Counted from the whole stretch's first letter, positions 23,651 to 36,775 are shown. The stretch: 63,796 bases of DNA, filler included, from Octopus bimaculoides (GCF_001194135.2; 6 parts of 6 records of this genome joined end to end with filler, not necessarily neighbours in it), one strand, 5' to 3'. Program-made: numbers and translations. Notes: generated from the letters alone by a model not told the origin.

Positions 23651-24275
23651 GGATCTTTTTTAAAACGGGGGCCACATTTTTCATTAACGAAACACTTTGA
23701 AACTTGGAACACTGGTAGAATGTGTCATATAAAACATCTTTTTCTCTTAGTCTTCTTTAAAAAAAAAGAAATCCCTAAATTATTCCATGTTAAATTTGTC
23801 GTATTTCTGTAATTTCAACCAATCACTGACGTCCATTCAGCCGATATACATTAAGTGCCGACTACATAAACAAACGATTCTGAAACAATTCTATCGTTGA
23901 TAGGGTTGGGGTTAGGGTTAGGTTTAGGGTTAGGTTTAGGGTAAAACAGCAAATTTAAAAAAGAAAAAAGCAAATAAAGCGAAGAAAAAAAAAAGAAAAT
24001 GAAAAAAGCAAATTTAAAATGAAAAAAAGCAAATAAAACGAAGCTATGGCTTAATCAGCCAAAGGAGTAAATGTAAACAACTGAATACTTGTCAGTGATT
24101 GGTTGAAATTATCGAAATAAGACAATTTTTTACATGAAATAAATTCGAATACAAAAATATTTTTCTGTTCTATGACACAAAATAGATAAGTATACGAAGT
24201 CTGAAAGTCTTTCGGTACCAAAAACACTACGTGAAACATTAATGAAAAATGTGGCCCCCGTTTTAAAAAAGATCC
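23651..24275. mobile_element. MITE with long TIRs and internal telomere-like repeats
   Basis: Perfect 37-bp inverted repeat GGATCTTTTTTAAAACGGGGGCCACATTTTTCATTAA at 23651-23687 and 24239-24275. Inner inverted arms (tttcaaccaatcactgac / gtcagtgattggttgaaa). Right flank TA. Confidence 0.85.
23901..23941 (+). repeat. (TTAGGG)/(TTTAGGG)-like repeats
   Basis: tagggttggggttagggttaggtttagggttaggtttaggg. Confidence 0.85.
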
Positions 24276-25289
24276 TACAAATTGTTTGGGATTTGCAAAA
24301 TGAACAAGTGTTCGATCATTTTCATTGCAGTTATATGTTCATCAACTGTCACACTTACAGTGTGGCAAAGTTTATATCAATGTGCAAATGCTTTCTGTAA
24401 TCTCCATCCTGTTTTACTTGCTTTATCATTGCCTCTCACATTATATAATTTATATATACATTCTATCAATTTCATTGTATCTCTGTCTCTCTCTATCTCT
24501 CTCTATTTCACACACACACACATATCCACACACTTACTCCCTGTCTCTCTTTCCTCCATATTAAATTGGGTTTACAATAAAAAAGAACTGGCCGTAAATA
24601 TCCGAAATTAGTTTATCAAAAGGAAATGTAAATATCGAATGTAGAAACATAGTACATGAAAATAAATATAATCAGAAATACTATCATTGTTATCGGCTGT
24701 ACACTGTATGTAAAATCTTTTGTTGTAGTTAACAATAAACTATAAATTAAGTAGATGATTCTGAATATTTCTGAAGTAGAAATAATTGTAGTTAATGCAC
24801 GAGAATTCAACGACATTACGTTGAATTGATAAAATATCCAGCTTTTGTGGAACTTCATTTTACGACTAGCTCATTGAGCACCATACCAAGTACAAAACCT
24901 GGGTATAAAAGGCTTTCATGCAAATCTTTTCGCTATACAAAAGAGGTGAATGATGAAGCAATAAACATGATAGATACGAGAAAACAAAACTCATTTGACC
25001 TCCAACATACGGATATAGTCTTATTTAGTTTCTTTGTGTTCTTTTCTGTTTCAAGCCATTGTCGATATTTATGTGCATTCTACCAGAGTAACAACGCAAA
25101 AATTTGAGTAAGGAATATGAGTAATGAATAGAGTTACATCAAATAAATCTTACTGCATTTAAATACACTATATTATGCCCTTATTACAAATTACTAATCA
25201 ATCACTAATGCAGTTGACTGCTCAGACAAATGATTCACAAATAGAGTCCATATCACATTTGTGATTCTAGATAGGGTTTTCATGTTAAA

Positions 25290-25420
25290 GTTTATGTCAA
25301 TCGATTACATGGACCCCCATCACCAGCATTCAAAAGGTATTTAATTTATCGAGCCCGAAAGAATGAAAGGTAAAGTCGACCCCGTGTGGAATTTGAACTG
25401 AGAACGTGCATACCGACGAA
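25290..25420 (-). mobile_element. SINE family B fragment
   Basis: gtcaatcgattacat...cccgaaagaatgaaaggtaaagtcgacccc...atttgaactgagaacg. Confidence 0.75.
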
Positions 25421-26769
25421 ATAACACGAAGCACTCAAAACGTAGCGGTAGATAAAATACTGCTAAGTATTTCGTCTCAGATTGTCCTGAGATATAAGCT
25501 TGGTGTGCTGTTGATAAGGCGTCAGAAGACATGGCACCCATCAAGCAGAAACATTCATCACGGAATATGCTAATGGTATTGGTTATTTGAATTATCGTCA
25601 ATCGCCTGTCATCCTACAACACAGGGCGAACACTATCGACTTTTTTCTTTAATGATGGCACTTACTGGACGTCCAGACTTTTGGTCATCATTAAGAATCT
25701 CACTTCCCCTCCTAAAATCAGTGTCTTTGCACTGTTTTTATAGCTGCAGTGTCATCCCCTAATGTAACAATTATGTAACCATGAACGTCTTTGGCGGTTA
25801 AACCCTTCGTCCGGAGGTACTTGATATTATCATGGTGCTATTCATTTTGAATGGAAATCGTTACTAGTTACATTTGTAACTAAACTTACTATGAATAAGA
25901 AAAATCAAAAATAAATGCATACAAGAATGCAATGCTCTACAACCACTCCTTCAAAGTTAGCTTATGGATATTTCAGCCCACCCGAATATGTGTTTATCTA
26001 TGTAAATATTTATGCAATTAAATGTTTTCCTGAACAAATATACACTTTATTATCAAAGCACTGGAAAACATAAACGATGATATAAAATCAATAAATCCTG
26101 TCTGCCTTGCTTCATATAACAAACACAGCTGAACTTTATAGAAGGTGATTATGTAACTTCCTGTTAATTTTTTTTTTTCAATTGGTATCCTGCTCAGTAA
26201 TTTACTAACTAATCTCACTCAAACGATACAATAGTTTCTCAAAAGACGGAGAACTTTTCATGAAAATACGTAGGCCCGAAAAATACCCATAGGCACAATA
26301 TAATTTCCACATAAACAGTGATGGAGACTTTCTCTTCCTAAAACGAAAACAAGGCGGAGAAGTTGTACCTCGATAAAAAAATGCCTTTGAATTTCGTTTA
26401 ATATCATTTCGGTAAAATATTTCAACCACCAAGTCTCGAAGTGCATCCCTTAACGAAGTTTGCATACACGAGTTTGTTAACATCATAAGACCTGGAAGGC
26501 AGCTCCTTGAGCAACATTCTTTGTGTGATAACCTAAGATACATTCCCAAGAAGCCGTACGACTCTACCGCAACGTATCATCAGATGCAAGGATATGCCTA
26601 TATGAGCCGAAGACTATATATTGATATGTTAGCAGAATTCTCCGAAATGATAGCAACATTGATTATCAAAGCAGTATATCATTGACCAATAGCCGGATTA
26701 CTACATCTCACTTTGAATGGTATGCGTTTGCAATCCAGGAACAGGAAACAGTTTCCCTCTACCAAACCA

Positions 26770-26870
26770 ACTCAGATGACTTTTCTCGACTCGAGCCTAT
26801 ATAAAAGACAATTGCCCAAGGTGCCATGCTGTACGGTTGATACTGATAACAAGTGGTTAGGATGCAAAGC
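26770..26870 (-). mobile_element. SINE family A head fragment
   Basis: accaaaccaactc...tatataaaagacaattgcccaaggtgccatgc. Confidence 0.6.
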
Positions 26871-27779
26871 CTTTATGACGAGACATATCCCATAGGTGCA
26901 TCTGTATGTGAATTTGGGGGAAAAATAGAAGGGACAATTTTCTTTCTATCGTTTTTTTACTTTTTTATACTCAAACGGACCATTTTAACCGGTTCGAATA
27001 TTTATGCTTGAAACGTTCACCGAGTTTCCTCAAACAAAATATATTCATATATTATATACGCAGTCACAAATTTATACCTTCCAGACTTAAAACTAACATT
27101 TGAAATAACAGCATATCTATCGTCTGAGGTAACGGCTGAAAAAGGTTTGATACACTCTAGAGACAGGCCCAGAATCACATTTTTTGTGAAACATACATCT
27201 CAGCCACATATAGAACCTACAAAATATATTTTGAAATCATGTAATTCCATCCCTGTTAAACACAGAATAGTATGGAGATATCATATATAAGTGTATTTTT
27301 AAATAACTAGACATATTTTACGTAGCCATTGTCACTTTCATTCAGGATAGTATAAAGGATTTTCTTTAGCTTTTCATTAGTTTTAGAAACTACTGAGAAA
27401 GGACAATATCCTGACCTTCTTCGATATAACAAAGATAGAAACCTTTACGATGACCACCATTATTTTCATTATCACTGACCAGACAAATAATTCCCAACAT
27501 CATTACTGTCGTAGTCGTGGACGTCGTCATTGTGATAATCATCAACATAAAACTAATCATCTTTCGGTAATCGTCATGCTCACCATCATAGCAGTCATCG
27601 TCTCCTTACCATCTCCCTCTTCTTATTCTTACTTTTCTTCCTTCTTCTCTTCACTGGTTATCATCATTTTAACTTCCACCAATTAATGATATCTTTTTTT
27701 CTTATAATTCTTAGCCTACTCAACATCATAATCATCACCACAAATATAATCATCTTCAACACCTTTTCTTTTGATATAC

Positions 27780-28215
27780 GTTATCACGTTTAACTTCATC
27801 GTTTGCTATCTTGCTACCGCCATCAGCATCAACATCAGCATCAGCATCAGTAGGGGTAACATTACCGACATACGTCTCACTGTCACTAAACCCACATTCT
27901 TCTATTCCATCATTATAATCATCACTTTTTTTATCACAATCCCCATCATAACCACCACCAACGCCGCCATCGTCATCATCGCCGTCATCGTCGTCATCAT
28001 CATCATCATCAACACCATCATCATCACCTTGTTATTAAGATCATCTCCGTACTCCACCTACTTCTTGCTCCTCTTCATCCCTCTACACTCATTTACGTCC
28101 TGTTGCGCCTCTCCCCTTCCTCTTCCTCATCTTCAACGTCATCATCATCATCATCATTATCATCACCATTCTCTTCGCCATCACCACCATCATCATCAGC
28201 AGCAGCAGCATAATT
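27780..28215. repeat. (CAT/CAC/CAG)n low-complexity tract
   Basis: Degenerate trinucleotide repeats; source of the His/Ile-rich ORF. Confidence 0.85.
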
Positions 28216-28922
28216 AACCNNNNNNNNNNNNNNNNNNNNNNNNNNNNNNNNNNNNNNNNNNNNTTAATTAATTAANNNNNNNNNNNNNNNNNNNNNNNNN
28301 NNNNNNNNNNNNNNNNNNNATAATAATAATAATAATAATAATAGTAGTATATATATATATATATTGATTTTTTTAAAAAAATATATATTTATTCATTTAT
28401 TCATTTCAACATGTCTTCTTTTTGACATTTTAATTTAAGTTATTCTTCCTTTTTTTTTTTTTTTATCCTTCGCCCTCTCCTCTCACTCCACCACAATTTC
28501 CATTATTGTTGCTTACTGAGGGGGAAAAAAATCCACCATTTGTGATGAAGTTCTGAAATACAGTTGCTAGTAAGATAATGTTTGGATGATTACACTTCTT
28601 CTACAGCTGATATTTTTATGAAGATTTGATATTGTTAACGAATAATAACAAAGGAATGGTAATCTATTCTTCTTAATTCTGTGCCTTGGGTAGAATTTTC
28701 TCTATCTTCCACTTTCTCTCTCTTTATATTTGTTTTCTTGTAAATTCCAAGCATTACGATTCCTTCTGTTTTACTCTCGTGGATAAAATGTTGGATCAAC
28801 AACTTTGAGCTTTGTGTTTCAAATCCTTGAAATTTGCAGTTTTCAAACTCATGAAGTATGAGGCCATACCAAAATATATTAGTGAAAATTTTCTTCCCTT
28901 GATCACCTCCTCTCTTTATTAA

Positions 28923-28999
28923 CTGTTTCGGTACCAACCTGCTCAAGAACACCCTGGTTCTATGGATAAGAACTTCCAGGTGGGTTGGTATCAAAAGGG
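28923..28999. mobile_element. 77-bp piggyBac-type mini-MITE
   Basis: TTAA on both sides (28919-28922 and 29000-29003). Imperfect TIRs ctgtttcggtaccaacc / ggttggtatcaaaaggg. A related left end lies at 2162. Confidence 0.65.
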
Positions 29000-29645
29000 T
29001 TAAAGATGTTTGGATGGTGTACATGGGTTTATGTTATTGCATGGGAATGTCTTGTCTTTTTCTTGTCTTGTAATGGCATTCACCCAGGAGGGTTTAAGCC
29101 GGCTCCTATTGTGAGTTCATAAGAATTTCAGGGGATGGTCAGAGTCTGCAAAAACAATTCCTGTCTGTATTCATAAACCACCATACACGACTGGTGGCAG
29201 TGGTCCTTCTGTTAGGCCTTCTCACCACAGGATTCCCACAGATATGATCCAATGCCACCAGGAAGTCGCCAGATATGACCAACTTTGACCATCAGCTTCA
29301 TGTATTTTCTAATTCCACTCCCTACTCTTCAAAGTCCAACACTTGACCTCATCATTGGGAAGGTTAAGCGATTGAGTGTCAGAGCTATGCCATCAGGGAC
29401 TTCAAGTCCCTGGTAGAGCCACCCAAGACAGATAGGTCTGATATCAGCAGTGCTAGGCCCCCAATCCAGCCAACTAGAGGGCAATGGTGAATTCCAGCCA
29501 GCATCTCGTCCAAAATCTGGCTCATCCTTCCAAGTTCTTTTCAGGACTAAGAAAAACGGAAGGTCCTCTGCAATTTGAGAATGGAATATGTTGAATAAAA
29601 TCATAATTAACTGATCCTCTTGTATTTTCTTTTACCTAAAACCAG

Positions 29646-29710
29646 GAACTTTTCAGTACTCCCTTGTGTGGAAAAGAAAGACCTAAAGTATGAAGAACAT
29701 AGAGATTTGT
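29646..29710 (+). other. Candidate exon (65 nt)
   Basis: Pyrimidine tract and ccag acceptor, donor gtaagg. One open frame reads NFSVLPCVEKKDLKYEEHRDL. Confidence 0.3.
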
Positions 29711-29809
29711 GTAAGGCATGAGATGTCTCGTAAATGTGGAATAGAATGGCTTTTAGGTTATTAGGTTATATTTCTGGTTGGTACTGGACTTAATAAATAT
29801 TACAGACTA

Positions 29810-30025
29810 GGGCAGCAAGTTGGTAGAATCATTAGCGCACGACTTAATGCTTTGCAGCATTTTGTCCATCTTTACGTACTGAGTTCAAATGCCACCGAAG
29901 TCGACTTTGCTCTTCATCCTTTCGAAGTCAATAAAATAAGTGCCAGTCGAGAACTGGGGTTGATATAATCAACTTGCCTACTCACCCCAAATTGCTGGCC
30001 TTATACCAAAATGTGAAACCAATAT
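29810..30025 (+). mobile_element. SINE family B
   Basis: ggcagcaagttggtagaatcattagc...gtcgactttgctcttcatcctttcg...aaatgtgaaacc. Confidence 0.85.
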
Positions 30026-30156
30026 TACAGACTAGTGATTGGTGAACTGGAGAGAAAAACAGAAAATATGTCATCGTAAATGTGATAGAAGCATGTGAAA
30101 GGTAGGCCAAAGCTGAGAGCAAAGAAGAAACTCTGGTTGGAAATTCTGATAGCTGT

Positions 30157-30188
30157 GTTTGGTTTGGTTTGGTTTGGTTTGGTTTGGT
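30157..30188. repeat. (GGTTT)n pentanucleotide repeat
   Basis: About six copies. Confidence 0.9.
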
Positions 30189-30463
30189 GGTTGCATGGCT
30201 AATGGAGGTTGGGGAAAATATGTGCTACAGTGCAGAACAAAAGAATCTGGACATTCCCTGGTCGTATCAATGCTGCTTGGTTCTGCTGGAAGAAGTGATA
30301 CTGTGGCAAGTTGTTGAAATTGTTGTGATCTCCAGTTGACATCTTATGAACGGAATGCAGGCTATATGTAAAGTAGAAAATGTGTGTCTGTGTGTATGTA
30401 TTCATGTAGATGCATGTATATGTATACATATGTATATAAATTATGTTTTCCTATTCTCTTCAG

Positions 30464-30501
30464 CTGTTGTTGATCCACTGCTGGGTGAAGCTTCAGCATG
30501 A
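30464..30501 (+). other. Candidate terminal coding exon segment
   Basis: Strong acceptor ttttcctattctcttcag. Phase-compatible with 29646-29710, giving ...RDLSVVDPLLGEASA-stop. Confidence 0.25.
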
Positions 30502-31002
30502 TATTTCTGGCTTATCTATGCTGGTTATATATATATATCTCTCTCTTTCTCTGTCTCCATACATCTATATATATATATATGTATGTATATATATATGCAT
30601 ACATATTCATGCATGTATTTTTGTATGCATAAATGTACATATAGTTCTTTGTGTGTGTACACAAATATACAAATGTATGCATAGACATACATACTTATTA
30701 TAGATAGATAGATGCTGACATAAGCTTGTTAATTCTATTTTCGCTCTCTCTTGTCTCTCTTGCCCATGTACCAATTGTTTTTCATGTTGTGTGGGTGTGT
30801 ATGTATATAATACCCCTCACTTACTGTGTGTACATTGTGATTGACTGAACACACTGACAGAGCCCAATTATTCAATATTTGAGGAATGTAGGGCTGGTGT
30901 CTTCTGGCAGAAGAAAATGCTGTTCATACAATGCTGCGTGGCCAGTTGCCAACTGTTCAAATACTTTCAATGTCAATTGGAAAAGGAATGAAGGAAGGGA
31001 AC

Positions 31003-31113
<111 letters not shown>

Positions 31114-31353
31114 TATTGTATAGAATAGGATAGATTATGATAACAACAGCAATAATAGTATAAAAATAATAGTAATTTTAGTTGTAATAATAATAATAGT
31201 AGTAGTAAAATATTTGAGTTATAATAATGATGATGATGATGATGATAATAAATATTAAGTAATAATAAACTTTGAAATTTTTACTTGTGCATCATTATGT
31301 TTCAAGTGATGTGAGATACTGGTTACACTCACACACACACACACACACACATT

Positions 31354-31386
<33 letters not shown>

Positions 31387-31475
31387 GCTCATACATGTAC
31401 TTAAATACCATTTGTATATATATATATGTAGATGTATAGAATATATGTATATAAATGTTATATATAATGTATAGT

Positions 31476-31515
<40 letters not shown>

Positions 31516-31529
31516 TGCGCGTGTGTGTG

Positions 31530-31562
<33 letters not shown>

Positions 31563-32301
31563 ATGTATATATGTATGTGCACACATACACACTTAATGCA
31601 TATGTACAGGACACACGTACATACATATTTATCTATCTATCTAGTTATCTATCTATGTGTACACATATGTGATGGTTATGGAGGTGGTGATAGCATTTCA
31701 GAACAATATTAAAAATAAATACAAAAAAATGACATGAAAAAAAATCAAAAACAAAACAAATCCCCAAAACAAAACAGAAAACACACAGAAATATTTACTG
31801 TAAGTTTGTCAAAGATAATTATCTGAGATGCCAAGATTTCTGAATTATGTTGTTGTCTGAGCCTATTGGACAGGCTTTCTTCCATAATCTTGTTAATTTC
31901 ATAAGTGTCCGTAAGTCTATATGCATAGTTGTGCATTGACATATACTCACACAAATATATACAAGCATGCGTGCGCGCACACACATGTACAGACATACAC
32001 TCATGCATGGACACTTAGGCAGAAATACACGAAATGTGAGTGCAAAAATGGATATGTACACAAATGCATGTACCTGCAAACAAATGTGCATATATGTAAA
32101 CAAATGTCTACATATGTACATAATAAACAAGTCTGTACACAATCTTATACAAATGTAGAGAGAAAGAAAGGGAGGGAGAGAGAGAAAGAGAGAGAGGGGG
32201 GATGATTCTGTGTGAGAACCTCTTTTCTTTTCTCTCTAATCTTATTCTGAGTCATACATATTCCTGTATATATAATGTAAGTATGAGTGTTTGTCTATAT
32301 A

Positions 32302-32349
<48 letters not shown>

Positions 32350-32544
32350 CATACACCCACATGTGTAATATATGTGTGTGTTTATATACATATACCCACC
32401 TACATTTATGTGTGTATATGTATGTACATTTGTATTTACATATAGCTACACAACCCCCACGATAATGTATGTTTGAATTACGTGTGTATGTGTATGCATG
32501 TGCATAATGTGTGTATGTCTATACTTGCACAGCATCCCTGTTTA

Positions 32545-32597
<53 letters not shown>

Positions 32598-32974
32598 ATA
32601 TATATAATGCATTTATGAAACACACATATACCCATTCAGTACACACATTCACGTGTGTGTGTGTATGTGTGTGTGACACTGGAAGTAACAAACCATAATT
32701 TGTTTCCTAAACTATATTATGCATATATGCACAGCAGCATCTATAAGATGCATGACGACCACGTTAATCTACAAGAACATATGATAATTACAGTGGTGTG
32801 TTTCTTCAGAATAGACTTTCTGTTTATAGTAAACATGAAACTTCAGATTTGTTTCAGCTATCATTCTTTGCCTTTCCATTCTGAGACCCGCCAACCTTCA
32901 GCTCTTTAAAGGTCAACCTTATCTGAACTATCTAATCAATATAATGATCATTGTTCTCCCTATCTGCTGATTGT

Positions 32975-33480
32975 TTTATCTTTTACTTCTTTTGGCCATT
33001 GAATTGTGACTCTGCTGGGGCACTGCCTTGAAATGTTTAGTTAACAAACAATTTAACCTCAGTACTTACTTTTTTTTTTAGTCCTGATTGTCTGTTTTGC
33101 TAAACTGCTAAGTTATAGGGATGTTAACAAACCAGTGCTGGTTGTCAAATGATGGTGGTGACAAACACAAAGACACACAAACATGCATATGTATGTATGT
33201 ATGTATAACTATGTGTGTATATCTATCTGTCCATCTACCTGTTTGTCTGTCTGTCTGTCTAAAGGTGGTGCCCCATCATGGCCACAGTCTAATGACTGAA
33301 ATAAGTCAATGATATATACACGATAGGCCTTCACACAGTTTCTATGTACTGAATTTTCACTCACAAAGCGTTGGTTGGTTTGGGGTTATAATAGAAGACG
33401 CTTGTCCAAGGTACCATGCAGTGGGACTGAACCTGAAACCATGTGGTTGCAAAGTGAGATTCTTAACTACAACCATACCT
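32975..33480. mobile_element. Cluster of SINE family A fragments in both orientations
   Basis: Minus 3' part at about 32975-33180, plus 3' tip at about 33260-33310, minus head at about 33325-33480. Confidence 0.7.
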
Positions 33481-33999
33481 ATTTGATCCTGATAGTTTAT
33501 TAGATGTTTGCCTATTAATTGCTTGAAACATTCAGCGCATTTTTTTTATTTTTTATCTGGAGTATTTATGCTTGTTTGGGCTTGTTGTTATTATAGGTTA
33601 AGTGATATTCTTTTTGTATGACATTTTATTATCAACACATCAAAGAAGAAAGGCATATTTGAAGGAGAAAAAAATGGACATCAATATAAATACATCATCT
33701 TGGACAAAATACAAATTCAGAACATGGTTTCTGAGAAGAAGACATATTGCTGGAAACTGACAAATCACACTCTAGGAATGTTTTGAAGAACTGCTTCAGT
33801 TTTGCACTATGCTGTTTGTAAAATTTAGTAGACAAACCAGCTGTCATAGTGACATTATTATTTGTTCAAACTAGTACTTTATTGGTACTTTGTTATCAAT
33901 CACCAAAAGGATGAATGGCAAGATTTGAATTAGAATGTAAATAACTAACTAATGTCACAAAGTGCTGTAATGGTTCTGCTAGTTTGCAGTCTTAATAAT

Positions 34000-34216
34000 C
34001 CTTTCTACCATAGGCACAAGACCTAAAATTTGGGGAAGGGGGATAGTCGATTACATTGACCTCAGTACTCAACTGGTACTTGATTTATTGACCCCGAAAG
34101 GATGGAAAGTAAAGTCGACCTCAGTGGAATTTGAACTCAGAACATAGCTACAAATAACACTAAGCATTTCGCCTGGCCTTGTAACTATGTAACTATTCTG
34201 CCAGTTCGCTGCCTTA
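34000..34216 (-). mobile_element. SINE family B with 16-bp TSD
   Basis: Flanked by ttgcagtcttaataat on both sides (about 33984-33999 and 34218-34233). Confidence 0.9.
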
Positions 34217-34239
34217 CTTGCAGTCTTAATAATAATTGG

Positions 34240-34665
34240 TTAATGGTCAGCAGTTTTATTGGAAGGGTGTAGTCAATTACATCACCCCCCCATTACTTGA
34301 CTGGTACTTTATTTCATCAACCCTGAAAGGATGGAGGGTAAAAAGTTGGCCTCAGGAAGATTTGAAATTTAGAAAGTAAAGAGCTGGAAGAAATGCTGTC
34401 CAGCATTTTGTCTGATATGCCGATGATTCTGCTAGCTTGCTGGCTTCAAATAAAGATGTTTCAAACTTTGGTATGTAGCCCAGATGGCATCATTTGAATA
34501 CATTGATGTTGGTATTTAAATGGTACCCTATTTTATCCTCCCCCTCCCCCCACAATCAAAGGCAAAGTTGACCTGAGTGGGATTTGAACTTAGAATGCAA
34601 AGAGCCAGAAGAAATTCCATTATTTTGTCCAACATGCTAACAATTCTGCTGCCTCAGTGCCTTAA
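34240..34665 (-). mobile_element. Two further degenerate SINE family B copies in tandem
   Basis: The motifs ttacatc...ctggtacttt...atgga..gtaaa and ggcaaagttgacc...atttgaact are repeated. Confidence 0.75.
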
Positions 34666-35962
34666 TAATAATAATAATAATAATAATAATAGTACTCCTT
34701 ACTTTATTATTACCACAAGAATATAATGATAGAAACTCACTGAAGTCAAACAAATAACAAAAAGTAGAGAAAAAGAAAATTCAAAAAACAATTCCATGTA
34801 ATTTCTTGCAGAAATATGCCATTTCAAATCTGATGGCAGAAACTGTTCTATATGATGGCAGTGATTAACAGCCTTCCTCTCTAATTGAAATTAGAATTTT
34901 CACAGGAAATTTACCTCTCCCCCCACTCACTCAATCAGTGCCAAGCTGTTCTCTACGAAATGGATTTTTATTCAGAAACTGTCCGATTTCAGAATTATTT
35001 CTGACTCAAGCAATAAAATTCTCCATTCATGCAATAGCCATTTGCTGAAGTGTATGTTATTGATTTATCTCTTGGGTAGTGCAGCTAATGAATAGCCATA
35101 GATCTGCTCTCAACGGCTTCAACCAGTGGAAGTTGACGAGAGAGTCGATTTGTATTTATAGTTTGGCATTGATTGCTAGTCTTACCAATTAACTGATCAC
35201 TTGTGTAGGTCACTTGTCGTGAACCAGATAACAAACTTTGTTTAGATGGTAATAAACTAATTTGTGTAATATAGTTTTTCTCTGTCTTTGCTTAGAAAGT
35301 CAATACCTGTTCAACTAGACATTTAAACTGACCTAAACTCCTTAAACAGAACACAACAATGCAGGGAAACAATTGTAAACTTAGTGTTTTATTTATTTGC
35401 TTGTGTGCGTAAATCATTTATGCATTTTTAAGTGAATTTTTCAGAAAATTTGTCATGATTGGCCTATTAAAGCCACTTTGATAGAAACATTTGCGTCTGT
35501 TTTCCACTAATTAAATTCTGCTTAGCTTATGTGCACCTGTTGAATGAATAGATTTCAATTGTTAATTGCAATTGAAGCTGCTCATTTATTTTAAAATCTA
35601 ATTCATTATTAGCTTAACTTTGCTGATGATAATGGTGTTTTGCACAGACTTAAATCATGAACATGTAGCCAATAAATTACCATAGCATATGCATTATGAC
35701 TCAGTCGCCTGCATCAGATATGTTTTGGTGTCATTTGGCACTGTCTATCTATCTATCTACACCAATGCATCTGGCTTGATTACTTAGATATAGCTTTTCT
35801 TTCTGAATGTCTGAAAGTGTAGATAAATGAGATCTGTCTGTCAAATGAGTGAAATTTTGGTAATTCTTCAGTGTTGTGATAACTGAAGTAGCTGTTGCTG
35901 AGAATGTAGATTTAAATAAATATGATAATATGATAACTCGAAATTACTATCTGAATCCTGAT

Positions 35963-36003
<41 letters not shown>

Positions 36004-36032
36004 ATGCGTGCACACACACACATACACACACA

Positions 36033-36125
36033 TTATCATCATTCTTTAACATCTGTTTTCCATGCCAGCATGGGTTAGGCATTTGACCACAGCTGCCATG
36101 CAGAAGAGCTGCACTAGGTTCCAGT
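36033..36125 (-). mobile_element. RTE-type 3' tail fragment
   Basis: catcattctttaacatctgttttccatgccagcatgggtt is the reverse complement of the tail at 59920-59966. Confidence 0.65.
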
Positions 36126-36175
36126 CTGATTGTGTACGTGAGCACATGTACACATGTATGCACGTGCGCACGCAC

Positions 36176-36215
<40 letters not shown>

Positions 36216-36775
36216 TTGGGCTGCAAGGATTTTTGATTAGCGAAGTGAATGCTTGCAAGAAACAGCAGACCATATGAATGGTAGTACCTTTAATTTTAAC
36301 ACTACATAGATAGACCCACTGTGTGAACTTCTGTATAGCTGCTGACCTACTAGAAACAGCAGTTTGATTTCTCTTGAATTTCATTCAGTCATCTTAGAAA
36401 AAGAGGGACACATTGTAGTCTTAATGATGCAGTGTCTGAAAGATGCTGGAACACTTTTGATTGTGGGTCAGTGTATTCCAAGGCTGACCTAAAGATAAGC
36501 AGCAACAGCCTGATTATTGTGCATTATATTCTTAAGCAAGTCTTTTAGTTTTTAAATCTGGTATATATTATATTGGCTTGATTGTTTTCATTTAGTTTGC
36601 TATCTACTGACGACAGTCTTGTATATCAAATGTGTATATGGACTTTAAACAGAAGTCCTAATATCAGTCTGAAATTGATCTGGATTTGTATGAAGAAAGA
36701 TTTGTATCTTTTACTAGAAAGTTTGATGATTTGGAGAGGTTGCTGTTTTTGACTTAAGTTGTCCCATTTTAAATC

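Noticed and set aside
23901-23941. True telomere or chromosome fusion site
   Set aside because: It is only about 40 bp, degenerate, and internal to a TIR element.
24900-24930. TATA box (gggtataaaagg) with a nearby ATGCAAAT octamer
   Set aside because: Short motifs in AT-rich DNA, with no downstream exon or snRNA-like sequence that I can support.
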